Source: a virus. Taken from it: a DNA stretch of 64,000 nt. The stretch lies in IMG/VR virus record IMGVR_UViG_3300005077_000006, positions 32,001 to 96,000 of that record; one strand, given 5' to 3'. The position numbers and the translations under genes were made by a program. Under the pieces are notes generated by a model. It saw nothing but the letters and a program-made list of their open reading frames with translations, did no database searches and was not told where the DNA came from. The stretch's first letter is position 1, and every line of letters starts with the position of its first letter. This document shows, in pieces, positions 1-9,407 of the stretch.

Positions 1-2
1 AT

Positions 3-152
3 ACAGACGGTGACACGATCTCAGACGACCGCCTACCTCTCAGTGGACCGGATTCGTCCCCACCTGCACCCTACGGTCCGCTGGTGGGTGTGATCACGTT
101 CGACGCCGTGGTCACAGCGGGCACGTACCACCGCGAGAGAGACCTGACATGA
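3..152 (+). CDS. 3' end of an upstream (probably tail/baseplate) gene, partial
   Basis: Frame 3 is open from the window edge to TGA at 150-152 (...PYGPLVGVITFDAVVTAGTYHRERDLT*); same orientation as the downstream tail genes. Confidence 0.5.
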   Translation, partial: TDGDTISDDRLPLSGPDSSPPAPYGPLVGVITFDAVVTAGTYHRERDLT

Positions 153-200
153 GGCTTTGCGTTCTGCGGGTTACGGCCTAGAATCGGGCAAGGAGAGAGC

Positions 201-881
201 ATGCGATTCAAGGAAGCGATCGAAGTCCCGAGCAACGTCAGGATCATCGCCCGTGAGCGCGGGAAGAGGGTCCCGGCGCTGTGCCGTGAGAGCCACAACG
301 TCTGGGTCAACATCGGTCGCGAGTACCTGGCCAAGGTGATCTCTCCGCTGGTGGGGTTCACGGGGCACGTGAATGACTCCGTGGTGCGCTACATGGGCCT
401 GGGCATCGGTGGGGATCAACAACTCATCGACATCGCCGGCACCTTCCCCACGCTGGATGACCACTACCCAGGGCAGAACGTGCAGGACGACACGGTCCTC
501 ACCACCTCCTACCTGGAACGTCCGGTGAAGGTCACTGGCACGGCAGGCAAGGTCGGGACGTCCGGCGTGTGGCTGAACCAGGTCGCCGCCCCACCAACCT
601 TCTCCGGCTCGCCGATCTCCACGGTCGACTTCGAGACGCTGTTCGACTACACCGACATCAACCTCGCCGGCGCCTATCCCTCCGTGCCCCTCTCGGAGGC
701 GTCCCTGGTGCTCTCGAGCGAGGTGGCCTCTCGGCTGTGGGAAGAGGTCTACGACACGGGCAACCCCCCGTCCTATGCCAACGTCTCGACCCGGCAGAAG
801 CTGGTGGCGTACAATACGTTCGACACGCTGTCCAAGACGGTAGCAGTTTCCCTGGAGCTCCACTGGGAGATCCAGTTCTAG
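201..881 (+). CDS. Tail-fibre adaptor / tail-collar-like protein
   Basis: AAGGAG RBS; pattern HNVWVNIGREY...YMGLGIG...SEASL...AYNTFDTLSKT...LHWEIQF resembles phage fibre-anchoring proteins; directly precedes the tailspike. Confidence 0.6.
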   Translation: MRFKEAIEVPSNVRIIARERGKRVPALCRESHNVWVNIGREYLAKVISPLVGFTGHVNDSVVRYMGLGIGGDQQLIDIAGTFPTLDDHYPGQNVQDDTVLTTSYLERPVKVTGTAGKVGTSGVWLNQVAAPPTFSGSPISTVDFETLFDYTDINLAGAYPSVPLSEASLVLSSEVASRLWEEVYDTGNPPSYANVSTRQKLVAYNTFDTLSKTVAVSLELHWEIQF

Positions 882-893
882 CGGAGGATCTCG

Positions 894-3800
894 ATGTCCC
901 TACCGAACCCACACGGAAACGCCTCGGGCCAGATCGCCCACAACTCGATCTACGACACCGGCGCGACCCCGGGCTCGACCGGCGGCAAGTTCATCGGGTT
1001 CGGTGAGGAGGGTACCTCCTACATCACGAACCGGGCCAACTGGGCGTTGTCGGAGAACATCGACTACGTCTACCAGATCATGGCCGCCGACAGGGCGATC
1101 CCCGCGGGTGCATCCTTCACCTCCGCCGGGCAGAACACGTACCAGATCACGGACGACGTGTGGGTCGGCGATTCGGGCTATCCGGTGAGTGAGGCCGAGG
1201 GCCTCCTCATGCTCTTCGCGGTCGTGGACGACCAGTACAACGAGCTGACCGATGGCAGCGGCAACGAGGTGCGCGTCGCCATCGTGCGGAACTCGGCCAA
1301 CGTCACCAACGTCTACAAGAACGACACGGCGCCGGTGGATGGCTTCGAGACCAACCCGGTGATCACGTTCAAGACGGTGGACTCCTCCGGGGTGGACGTC
1401 CAGAACCCCTACACCATCCCGGCAGCTCAGCCCGTGCGCATCCTCTACGGGTCCAAGAGCAGCTTCGAGAGCCTCCCTACGGACGCCCTGGTGAAGTTCA
1501 AGCTCCAGTCGGCCACCGAGGTCGAGGCGGGTGCCTTCCTTCAGGACGGCACCAAGAAGATGACGGGGAACGGCGACTGGGACGGGAACAGCTTGCTGAA
1601 CCCGGATCAGATCGTAGGGGAGGCAGGGGCAGACCTGCTGGTGCGCTCCCAGCAGGATCTCAACCTTCAAGGCGATCTCGGTTGCTTCCTGAAGGATCAG
1701 TTCCTCGCCACGAAGATCCCGGTGTCGCAGTCTGGGGAGACGGGGATCAACGGCTACTACACCAGCCTCGTGGGTTCCCTGAACAGCAAGAGCAACGTGG
1801 CCGCGGCCTTCCACGGCAACAAGCTTCTGAGCCGCTCGGGGTCTCTGGTGTTCACCGACCTCACCGGCAACGTGGCCTGGCCCACGCTCACCGCCGTGAT
1901 CGATGGTGAACGGAGGCTCATCTCGGCTGGCTCCCTCACCGCGACAAGTGGTTCCCTCTTCATCGCGGTCCTGACGGCGGCCGGTTCCGTGGTGGAAAGG
2001 ACGCCGTGGTCTGTCGTGGCCACGGACGTTCCTCTCGCAGCCTACGTCTGGAGTGGGGCAGCGTTCACCAAGAAGGTGGACATCCGCTGGGCCTACAACG
2101 GGAACACCAGGAACGTCGAGATCACCTGTGGTGACGCCGCTGATAGCGTGGACTTCTCGGACACGGAGCTCGACAAGGCCGTCGAGTTGGCCTGCGCCCT
2201 GTCGGCTATGACCGAGGGGGCGGTGCCCACGATCCGCATCATCGGCAGAGTCAGCGGGCCTGCCGTCGCTACGCCTACGATCACGCTGACGGCCCCCATC
2301 TCGATTGTGGGCAACGGGCGGGAACACTCGTTCATCAAGAGCGACGAGGTCAATGGCGATACGGTCAACTTCATCGACTGCGCAGGACACCGCCTGGTCA
2401 TGAAGGACCTGACCGTGGTGCATTCCGGCGACCAGCAAGCGGGGACCCTGGGAGCGATCGTGAATGCCGGCAGTTGGAGCGTGTTCTCCAACGTCAAGTT
2501 CATGCGGGACGCCAGCACGTACGACGCGGTTTTCGGGAATGCCTTGCTGTGGACCTCAGCCGCCGACCACGTGGTGGTGGAGAACTGCCACAATGACGAC
2601 GCCGCCGGCAATGCCTTCGTCATGGGGTCGAATGCTGCTTTCACCACGGCCTACCTCACGGATAGCGTCGTTCGGGATTGCTACCTTGAGTATGGCTCTA
2701 TCGGCGGCGACTACGGAGTGGTGGCCAACGGCGACGGCAACGTGATCTCGAATGTCCGGATCGGAACCGGACTGAGCACCTACGGCTTCGTGGGCGGGAA
2801 CGACACGCTCATCGATCACTGCCGGGTTCGGATGACGGGGGCTGCTTCCAGCGCGGCCTGTGTCTTCTACAAGCCGATCTCCAGTGCCTCTCACCACAAC
2901 GGCCTCGTAGTGCGCGATTCGTCTCTCCTGCGCTGTGCAGGGAAGGGCATCCTGGCGGACGCGATCAACGATGTGGGGATGCGCGGTCGCGTGGAGGTAC
3001 GCGGTTGTCGCCTCAACCAGGTGGCCAAGCCGTTCGACTTCTCCGCTCTGGTGGCCGTGCATGCCAGCACTACGATCTTGATCGATGGCAACGAGGTCTA
3101 CAGCAGCGACGAGTTCATCGCTTCCTTCGAGAACGTCTGGCACTGCCAGTTCAGCGGCAACACCTGCAACGACGTGAACGGGGACGGTGTGTGGGTGGGT
3201 GGAAACGCTGGGTGCAAGATCTTGCACAACTTCTTCGAGGGGTACGGAAGCGTCGGAACGTGGCAGAACATCATCGGGGTCTCGGTGGGCGGCCCATGGG
3301 TGGAGATCCGGGACAACTTCTTCGGGAGTACCGGAGCGCCGGCGGCCACGATTCAGGTGGACGTGTGGAGGAGGTGCGGCATCTCGGGCAACACGTTCGC
3401 GGGCTCGGCGAATGCCGCCATCGGTCTCCAGCTCAATAGCTGGTTCTGGCTCTTGGTCGATCTGCCGGCGGCTTTGAACTGCGTGGTGTCCGGCAACCTC
3501 TTCTCCGCTCATGGTGAAGCGGCCATCAAGGTGACACGCGGCACTGCGGCGGCCCAGTACTTCAACGGATCGACCATCGCGGGGAACCACTTCTCCGGCA
3601 TCCCGGACACGGGATGGGGCGTGCTCGTGGTCGAATCGGACGCCACTTCGATCTGCAACAACGACTTCGCTTACAGCGATGGATGCGCCATCCGCATCTA
3701 CGGAGCCTCGGGGGCGAAGAGGAACCACATCACGGGGAACCACTTCTCCAACGTCCTCGGCAAGACGAGCAACGCCCCGTATGGCAACGCTGTTGTCGCC

Positions 3801-4505
3801 GTGCTCAGCGCTGGTGGTGCGCACAGCACCGTGATCAGCGACAACAACTTCCTGGACTGCGGCTCGAGCACGCCGATCGCTTCGTACGTCCAGAGCATCA
3901 TCCTGGTGGACGGTGGCGACTACACCCAGGTGTGCAACAACCGGATCACGGGTCTGACCGGAGGCAGCTCGGCTGCGGACCAGGGCGATGAGTCGCACGG
4001 CATCTACCTCGGTCCTGGTTACTGCGACCGCAGCATGGTCAATGGCAACTGCATCGTCAACGACGTGAGCGTCACGGGAAAAGTGGCGGACCGATTCTAT
4101 GGGATCCGCCTCGAGGGGGAGGGGATCTCTGCCACGTCGAATCGGATCGTCTTCGTCGGGGTCCAGAGCGACGCCAACAAGTCCGACGTCCTCTACGGGA
4201 TCTTGGTTGGCACGAGCCACACGAACATCGCCCTGTACACGAACTACGTCGACACGAACTGCACCATCGCGGGGATCACGATCCAGCGTACCTACCTCAT
4301 GCAGAACGATTTCTCCACGGCCGTGGGGAACTTCGGTGATGGTGGGGACATGGACTTCACGGGAAGCAACAAGCTCCTGATCGGCAACATGCACATGACC
4401 GTTGGGTCGTTCCTCTACACCATGAATGCCACGAATAGCCCAGATCCCATGACCACGTACTCGGCAAGTGCGTTGGTCCCGATGAACAATACCAACGTGC
4501 TTTAG
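894..4505 (+). CDS. Tail fibre/tailspike with right-handed parallel beta-helix (putative depolymerase / receptor-binding protein)
   Basis: 1203 aa; C-terminal ~750 aa of repeated I-x-G/N-N-x-F/I turns (ISGNTF, VSGNLF, IAGNHF, ITGNHF, ISDNNF); GGAGG RBS. Confidence 0.8.
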   Translation: MSLPNPHGNASGQIAHNSIYDTGATPGSTGGKFIGFGEEGTSYITNRANWALSENIDYVYQIMAADRAIPAGASFTSAGQNTYQITDDVWVGDSGYPVSEAEGLLMLFAVVDDQYNELTDGSGNEVRVAIVRNSANVTNVYKNDTAPVDGFETNPVITFKTVDSSGVDVQNPYTIPAAQPVRILYGSKSSFESLPTDALVKFKLQSATEVEAGAFLQDGTKKMTGNGDWDGNSLLNPDQIVGEAGADLLVRSQQDLNLQGDLGCFLKDQFLATKIPVSQSGETGINGYYTSLVGSLNSKSNVAAAFHGNKLLSRSGSLVFTDLTGNVAWPTLTAVIDGERRLISAGSLTATSGSLFIAVLTAAGSVVERTPWSVVATDVPLAAYVWSGAAFTKKVDIRWAYNGNTRNVEITCGDAADSVDFSDTELDKAVELACALSAMTEGAVPTIRIIGRVSGPAVATPTITLTAPISIVGNGREHSFIKSDEVNGDTVNFIDCAGHRLVMKDLTVVHSGDQQAGTLGAIVNAGSWSVFSNVKFMRDASTYDAVFGNALLWTSAADHVVVENCHNDDAAGNAFVMGSNAAFTTAYLTDSVVRDCYLEYGSIGGDYGVVANGDGNVISNVRIGTGLSTYGFVGGNDTLIDHCRVRMTGAASSAACVFYKPISSASHHNGLVVRDSSLLRCAGKGILADAINDVGMRGRVEVRGCRLNQVAKPFDFSALVAVHASTTILIDGNEVYSSDEFIASFENVWHCQFSGNTCNDVNGDGVWVGGNAGCKILHNFFEGYGSVGTWQNIIGVSVGGPWVEIRDNFFGSTGAPAATIQVDVWRRCGISGNTFAGSANAAIGLQLNSWFWLLVDLPAALNCVVSGNLFSAHGEAAIKVTRGTAAAQYFNGSTIAGNHFSGIPDTGWGVLVVESDATSICNNDFAYSDGCAIRIYGASGAKRNHITGNHFSNVLGKTSNAPYGNAVVAVLSAGGAHSTVISDNNFLDCGSSTPIASYVQSIILVDGGDYTQVCNNRITGLTGGSSAADQGDESHGIYLGPGYCDRSMVNGNCIVNDVSVTGKVADRFYGIRLEGEGISATSNRIVFVGVQSDANKSDVLYGILVGTSHTNIALYTNYVDTNCTIAGITIQRTYLMQNDFSTAVGNFGDGGDMDFTGSNKLLIGNMHMTVGSFLYTMNATNSPDPMTTYSASALVPMNNTNVL

Positions 4506-4514
4506 GAGAGCAGC

Positions 4515-4874
4515 ATGGACAAGATCACCACTGTCATGGCGAGCTGGGAAGCCTTCATCCTGGCTTTCGCCGCCTTCGCTGTCATCGGCGTGCTTCGTCA
4601 AGTCGGGACGCGCAAGGATGATGCAGGCAAGGTGGTCGGCGGTTGGGCGCAGAGCCGCCCCTTCACGATGCTGCTCCCCGTCTACCCCTACGTGCTGACG
4701 CTGGGTGCGGTCTTCATCCCGGGGGTCCCTCTGCCGGCCGCGGTGGGCACGACCATCGGGGCCAAGGTCCTGTTCGCTCTCTGGTGCGGGTGGCTCTCGG
4801 ACAAGGCGTTCGAGATCGTGAAGCGCGTGCTGGAGAAGGGCTTCAACATGCAGTTCGGCGCGGACAAGAAGTGA
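4515..4874 (+). CDS. Small multi-pass membrane protein, holin-like
   Basis: 119 aa, about 3 hydrophobic segments, charged C-terminus; located at the end of the tail module. Confidence 0.55.
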   Translation: MDKITTVMASWEAFILAFAAFAVIGVLRQVGTRKDDAGKVVGGWAQSRPFTMLLPVYPYVLTLGAVFIPGVPLPAAVGTTIGAKVLFALWCGWLSDKAFEIVKRVLEKGFNMQFGADKK

Positions 4875-5197
4875 TGACCAAGATCTGGGAGTGGCTGAAG
4901 AAGAACTGGAAGTGGCTCATTCTGCCACTCTGGGTGCTCTCCATGGTCGTCGTGTGGCTGCTCAGCGGTGGTCGCACCAAGCTCTTCCCGCCTTCCGGGA
5001 CCACGGACCAGGCGGCAGACGCCGCCACCAAGGCCAAGGACGAGGCCATCGAGGCGTTCCGGCAGAGGCTGGACGCCCTGTACAAGCAAGCGGAGGAACG
5101 CCTGAAGACCGCCTCTGAGGCACAGGTCAAGGAGTTCACCGAGATCAAAGAGAAGCCCCTTGAGGAGGTCGCGAAATGGATCGACTCGCTGTCCTAG
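4874..5197 (+). CDS. N-terminally anchored coiled-coil protein, i-spanin-like
   Basis: TGATG coupling to the previous gene; MTKIWEWLKKNWKWLILPLWVLSMVVVWLL TM segment followed by a helical Ala/Glu/Lys-rich region (start moved from track position 4643). Confidence 0.55.
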   Translation: MTKIWEWLKKNWKWLILPLWVLSMVVVWLLSGGRTKLFPPSGTTDQAADAATKAKDEAIEAFRQRLDALYKQAEERLKTASEAQVKEFTEIKEKPLEEVAKWIDSLS

Positions 5198-5976
5198 ATC
5201 ACTTTGCCAAGCTGGGCGCGGCGATGAGTCAGGGGAAGAGGGAGTCTCTCCCGACCAAGTCCTTCGCCATCCCGGAGAGCAAGGCCAAGAAGATCGGCGT
5301 GTCCGGGGAGATCAAGGGTGAGGCCAAGGGGAAGTATCCCATCCCGGACGAGCGTCACGCCCGCAACGCCTTGGCGCGGGTGTCTCAGCACGGGACGCCG
5401 GCGGAGCGCCAGGCCGTGAGGAGCAAGGTCTACTCCAAGTTCCCCGGCTTGAAGGAGGGGTTCGAGTCGCGTCACGGTGAGAGCCCCACCTCCAAGGGCA
5501 ACATCAAGAAGGTGGAGCAGGGTGGCATCGGCAAGACGGCGGAGGATGTGCTCTACGCCGCGCTCTTCTCCGAGCTCGAGAAGATCGGAGGGTACCCGCC
5601 CCCGTTTCTGCTCGAGCTGCTGAAGGAGGCCGGGCTCTTCAGCCGGATGGGTCTGGCGACCAAGAAGGGCGTGGAGGCGGCCGGTAGCAAGGCACGTGAC
5701 CTGTACAACGCCGCCCAGGTCGGCACAGGCAACCTGATGACGGGTGAGTTCGGTCATGCCGGCGAGCATGCTGCCCAGAAGTTGATGACCACGGCTTCCC
5801 CGACCAAGGCGCTGATGGTGATGGCGGCAGATCCCCACGCGCAGAAGGCGGTCATCCGGAAGGCGAAGAACGTGGGTCGGCGCATTCAGACGGGCGCGCA
5901 GAATCTGGCGGAGCAGACCCGCGCGGCACTGACAGGCACGAGCGGCCCGCCGATGGTGCCGTCCTTCGCGGGGTAG
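5176..5976 (+). CDS. Virion-associated protein with DUF6582-like domain and ELEKIG tag
   Basis: RESLPTKSFAIP...KYPIPDERHARNALAR motif; internal ALFSELEKIGG and LLKEAG; GGAGG RBS. Confidence 0.65.
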   Translation: MDRLAVLDHFAKLGAAMSQGKRESLPTKSFAIPESKAKKIGVSGEIKGEAKGKYPIPDERHARNALARVSQHGTPAERQAVRSKVYSKFPGLKEGFESRHGESPTSKGNIKKVEQGGIGKTAEDVLYAALFSELEKIGGYPPPFLLELLKEAGLFSRMGLATKKGVEAAGSKARDLYNAAQVGTGNLMTGEFGHAGEHAAQKLMTTASPTKALMVMAADPHAQKAVIRKAKNVGRRIQTGAQNLAEQTRAALTGTSGPPMVPSFAG

Positions 5977-5980
5977 CAAG

Positions 5981-6190
5981 ATGCGTCGGTTTCACCTCCA
6001 CCGGCTAGAGGACGACTCTGGCAAGAGCGGCAAGGGCATCGTCGCTGAAGGGATCGTCTTCACCGATGGAACGGTGGTGCTGCGCTGGATGTCCACCACG
6101 CCCACCACTACGATCTTCAAGAGCCAGGCTGACCTCGAGAAGATCCACGGCCACGACGGCAAGACCCAGATCATCTGGAAGGACGAGTAA
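5981..6190 (+). CDS. Conserved small phage hypothetical protein
   Basis: F-x-L-x-R-xx-D-x-SG-x-SG-x-G-x-VAEG-x-x-F-x-DG...RW...IHGHDG-x-T pattern recalled from phage hypothetical proteins. Confidence 0.7.
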   Translation: MRRFHLHRLEDDSGKSGKGIVAEGIVFTDGTVVLRWMSTTPTTTIFKSQADLEKIHGHDGKTQIIWKDE

Positions 6191-7878
6191 TGCCGCGGAA
6201 GGTGTCTCAGGGCTTCGAGTTCGCTGAGGTCGGCCCCAACGCCGGGGAGACGGGATGGGACCCTCCTGCGGTGTGGAAGCCGGGTCGCCTGGTGAAGCGC
6301 TCCGAGTACGAGGGGACTGCCCCCGGCATCGACCCGGACGCCGTACGAGGGATCAGGCGGGAGCCGGAGGAGAAGGTCTCCGGATACGACGACACCATCT
6401 TCAGTGGCGACCCGACTGCCCTCATGGGCCAGCTCCGCAGCATCCACAAGATGGGGATGGCATCGTCGGGGTCGATCGGTATCGAGGACATAGACGCCCT
6501 GGGTCAGAGTCCCGGCACTGTTCGGCCCCGGCAGATGTCCAGGGCCATGAGTGAGCATCCTGTGGATGCTGGGCCGGGGTACGAGGCGGACAACAGCACC
6601 CTCGGGGTTGCTCCCAGTGAGCCAGAGGGTGATGGGCACGGGGACATCCCGATCGAGGAGCCGACGGGCCAGACCAGCACCAAGGAGATCTTGCGGCGGA
6701 GCGTGGGCAAGACCAAGGAGGGCGCTGGTCTACTCGCCGGTTTGATTCCGGCTTGGCTGAACGAAGACCCAGTCGGCATCCCACCTACTGATCGGGGACC
6801 TGGCAGGCTCGAGCAGAGAGCCATGCTCGAGCGGGCGGTGATGGAATCACTGGTGCGTGGCGGGATGGAGGATGAGCCAACTGCCCTAGCTATGGCTGGC
6901 CCATTGGCCCAGGAGGGCGCCCAGTACGCCCGACTGGCGGGGGAGGATGTCGATCGAAAGAACATGGCACTGGTCATGCGCGCCTTGGAGAAGCGGTCCA
7001 TGGCGAAGCAGGCTGAGCCCCCGCCTCCTCCAGGCATGTCGGCTGCCCGGTGGGACAAGATCCTCGAGGCGGGACCGAAGCAAGGGGAAGAGGAACTGCC
7101 CCCCATCCTCACGAAGATGGAGGACAAGAAGCCGGTCGTGGACGTGACAGATCTGATCCAGCGCTTGGAGAAGCGCGCCTACGAACTCCAAGGGCATACC
7201 GAGGTGCAGGGGATCCCGATCGCCATCGAGAACCGCAAGGGCTCCGTCCGCTCCGGCACCACCGAAGACGGGCACGAGTGGCGCACCAAGATGAAGTTCC
7301 CCTACGGCTACATCAAGGGCACCAAGGGGGCCGACGGAGATCCCGTGGACGTCTACGTGGGGCCGGACAAGGATGCCCCGGACGCCTACGTGGTTCACCA
7401 GCACAAGGTGGACGGCACTGGCTACGACGAGGACAAGGTCATGCTGGGCTTCTCGTCCAAGAAGGACGCCAAGGAGGCCTACCTCGCCCACTACGACGAC
7501 CCCAAGTTCCTGGGGCCCATCGCCAAGGTCTCGGTGGAGCGGTTGCGGAAGCTGGTGGAGAGCAAGAAGCAGCTCACCAAGATCTCCAGGGCGTCCTGGT
7601 CGGCCCTCCTCCAGGAGCTCCAGAAGATAGGAGAGGCAGCAGGCGCCCTGGAGCCCCAGGAGCCCCGTGGCGGCCGCCTCCTCGAGCTGGTCAGGAAGGC
7701 CGGCCCAGGCGTCGGAGGAGCCCTGGGGGCCGGCGTAGGGGCCTTGCTGGGCCTGAAACGGGGCAAGCTGCTGTCGCACACCCTGGCCGGACTGGGCACG
7801 GGCGCTACCCTGGGATGGGCTCCCGACCTCTACCACAGCGCCCGTGAGGCCATCGAGAAGTACAGGAGCGGCCAGTGA
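6190..7878 (+). CDS. Multidomain protein with inorganic-pyrophosphatase-like (InPase, polyvalent-protein type) domain and C-terminal tagged glycine zipper
   Basis: GIPIAIENRKGSVRSG...YGYIKGTKGADGDPVDVYVGP...YDEDKVMLGF; ALLQELQKIG followed by GVGGALGAGVGALLG. Confidence 0.75.
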   Translation: MPRKVSQGFEFAEVGPNAGETGWDPPAVWKPGRLVKRSEYEGTAPGIDPDAVRGIRREPEEKVSGYDDTIFSGDPTALMGQLRSIHKMGMASSGSIGIEDIDALGQSPGTVRPRQMSRAMSEHPVDAGPGYEADNSTLGVAPSEPEGDGHGDIPIEEPTGQTSTKEILRRSVGKTKEGAGLLAGLIPAWLNEDPVGIPPTDRGPGRLEQRAMLERAVMESLVRGGMEDEPTALAMAGPLAQEGAQYARLAGEDVDRKNMALVMRALEKRSMAKQAEPPPPPGMSAARWDKILEAGPKQGEEELPPILTKMEDKKPVVDVTDLIQRLEKRAYELQGHTEVQGIPIAIENRKGSVRSGTTEDGHEWRTKMKFPYGYIKGTKGADGDPVDVYVGPDKDAPDAYVVHQHKVDGTGYDEDKVMLGFSSKKDAKEAYLAHYDDPKFLGPIAKVSVERLRKLVESKKQLTKISRASWSALLQELQKIGEAAGALEPQEPRGGRLLELVRKAGPGVGGALGAGVGALLGLKRGKLLSHTLAGLGTGATLGWAPDLYHSAREAIEKYRSGQ

Positions 7879-8390
7879 GATACATCCTGCTGATTTCCCT
7901 CATCCTTTTCTCCCTCCCCGCTCGAGCGGCCGACCCCTGCGTCAAGCAGCTCTACTCCGACCCCAAGGTCGAGCCCGACTACGACTGCCCCAGCCCCCAC
8001 GAGGACAGCCTGGTGCCCAGGCTGCAGCTCAAGGAGTCGACCACCCTGAAGCTCAAGGAGCCGGCCCCGTGGGAAGGCATCCTGATGGAGAAGGAGCGCG
8101 TCATCGTCCTGGGGCTCAGGGTCAAGGCCCTCCGGAGGCTGCGCTGGCAGGACATGCGAGCGGCTGATGAGCGGCTAGAGAGCGAGCGGACCTTCCTCAA
8201 GGCATCTGCCAAGGCCGACCTGGACCTGGCTCGATCACAGCGGGACAGCTACAAGGAGCAGAACAAGGCACTGCAAGCCGAGGTCACTCGCCTCAACCGG
8301 TGGTACCACTCGAAGACCTTCTGGTTCGTCACCGGCATGGTGGTCACGGCCGCCGGCGCCACCGCTCTCGCGTTCGGGCTAAGGAAGTAG
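7875..8390 (+). CDS. Secreted coiled-coil protein with C-terminal membrane anchor (possible spanin component)
   Basis: Signal peptide MRYILLISLILFSLPARA, coiled coil, C-terminal TM FWFVTGMVVTAAGATALAFGL; GTGA overlap with the previous gene. Confidence 0.55.
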   Translation: MRYILLISLILFSLPARAADPCVKQLYSDPKVEPDYDCPSPHEDSLVPRLQLKESTTLKLKEPAPWEGILMEKERVIVLGLRVKALRRLRWQDMRAADERLESERTFLKASAKADLDLARSQRDSYKEQNKALQAEVTRLNRWYHSKTFWFVTGMVVTAAGATALAFGLRK

Positions 8391-8393
8391 GGC

Positions 8394-8424
8394 AAAAGAA
8401 GAGAGGGCTCATCGCCCTCTCTTC
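8394..8424 (-). terminator. Intrinsic terminator between convergent operons
   Basis: GAAGAGAGGGC-tcatc-GCCCTCTCTTC 11-bp stem; followed by a T run on the - strand. Confidence 0.75.
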
Positions 8425-8450
8425 GAACTACTTGTACCCGCTTTCGCGGA

Positions 8451-8645
8451 TCAGTTTTCGATCAGGTTGTGGGAGAGGATGCAGGAGAGTACTGCATCCC
8501 TGTCTTGGTGGGCATCGAGGTCAGCGTCCACCACTACCGAGGCGAGGAAGCTGTTGAGCTCGTCGTTCGACATCTGGTGAAGCGCCTCCACGGGAATGGT
8601 CAGCAGGTCAGCTTGGTCGGGCGGAAGTGGATCCCGCGGGTCTAC
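8451..8645 (-). CDS. Small hypothetical protein (start uncertain)
   Basis: Only the 3' part of track ORF 8451..9080 (..LLTIPVEALHQMSNDELNSFL..) is free of overlap and looks protein-like. Confidence 0.35.
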   Translation of the reverse strand, partial: VDPRDPLPPDQADLLTIPVEALHQMSNDELNSFLASVVVDADLDAHQDRDAVLSCILSHNLIEN

Positions 8646-9172
8646 TCGCCCGACTGCTCGTTTCCCTGGTTCTCCCACTCCTCGTCCAGCTCGGTCAGCC
8701 GGGCCTCCAGCTCGTCCGGCTCGCCGGTGAACTTGTAGAGGTCGGTGAGGAGCCCGAAGATCTGGAAGTTCTGCCGCTGCGTCTCCGCCTGGGTGTCGAG
8801 GATCTGCTGGAGCATCTCCTTCAGCTCCGTCTGGTTCTCGTCCACGGTCTTGCCCAGGACGTCGATGCGACCGATCACCGCATCGCCGTGGCTGACCTCG
8901 CGGCCACTCGGCTTGCCCTCGGGCTGCTCCGAGGGCTTCTCCTCCTGCGGCGCCGGGCGCCCCCGCCCCCGACCAGCCGCGGGGGCGGTGCGGGACTTGG
9001 CCTGAGTGGCCTTGCCGTTGCCACCACCCTGCTCGGACAGGATGCGGTCGATGAGATCCTGGGACTTGATGTTGGAGCACTCCTTGTTGTCGATGCCCAG
9101 CACGGTGATCGCCGCCCTGCGCAGCTCGACCCGGGTCATGCCCTTGAGGTCCTCTTCGGTGTAGTTAGACAT
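8642..9172 (-). CDS. Hypothetical protein, N-terminal helix-extended-helix (Rho-N/SAP-like) plus coiled coil
   Basis: YTEEDLKGMTRVELRRAA...LIDRIL pattern; disordered linker; acidic coiled C-terminus. Confidence 0.6.
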   Translation of the reverse strand: MSNYTEEDLKGMTRVELRRAAITVLGIDNKECSNIKSQDLIDRILSEQGGGNGKATQAKSRTAPAAGRGRGRPAPQEEKPSEQPEGKPSGREVSHGDAVIGRIDVLGKTVDENQTELKEMLQQILDTQAETQRQNFQIFGLLTDLYKFTGEPDELEARLTELDEEWENQGNEQSGE

Positions 9173-9407
9173 GTCTCTTCCGTCTCCTAGGTTTCACTGT
9201 TGCGGCGCTCTTGATGTTCAGGTTGTCGACCTCGTACCGTAGCGCCGCCGGGCCGAGGTTCTCCTTGATGATGTCTCGAGCGCGCTGTTGAGCTTCCGAG
9301 ACAGGCAGCCAGTCGTTGCAGTAGTCACCCTCTTCCAGCATCTTCTCGGTGACTCTCTTGCACTCCTTGAGAAGACTACAGATCGTGCAAGCGCGCTTTG
9401 CCTTCAC
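9165..9407 (-). CDS. Small Cys-rich hypothetical protein
   Basis: GTGA coupling at 9404-9407; CTIC...C...C; basic C-terminus. Confidence 0.55.
   Translation of the reverse strand: MKAKRACTICSLLKECKRVTEKMLEEGDYCNDWLPVSEAQQRARDIIKENLGPAALRYEVDNLNIKSAATVKPRRRKRHV

Noticed and set aside
900-4601. Long - strand ORFs (900..2438, 2556..4601) opposite the tailspike
   Set aside because: Antisense shadows typical of GC-rich coding DNA; no motifs, Arg/His/Val-biased composition
8431-8460. Fifth ATAAG-like site (- strand GAAAACTGATCCGCGAAAGCGGGTACAAG)
   Set aside because: Core mismatch (ACAAG) and it points straight into a terminator with no gene downstream; possibly a relic, not counted
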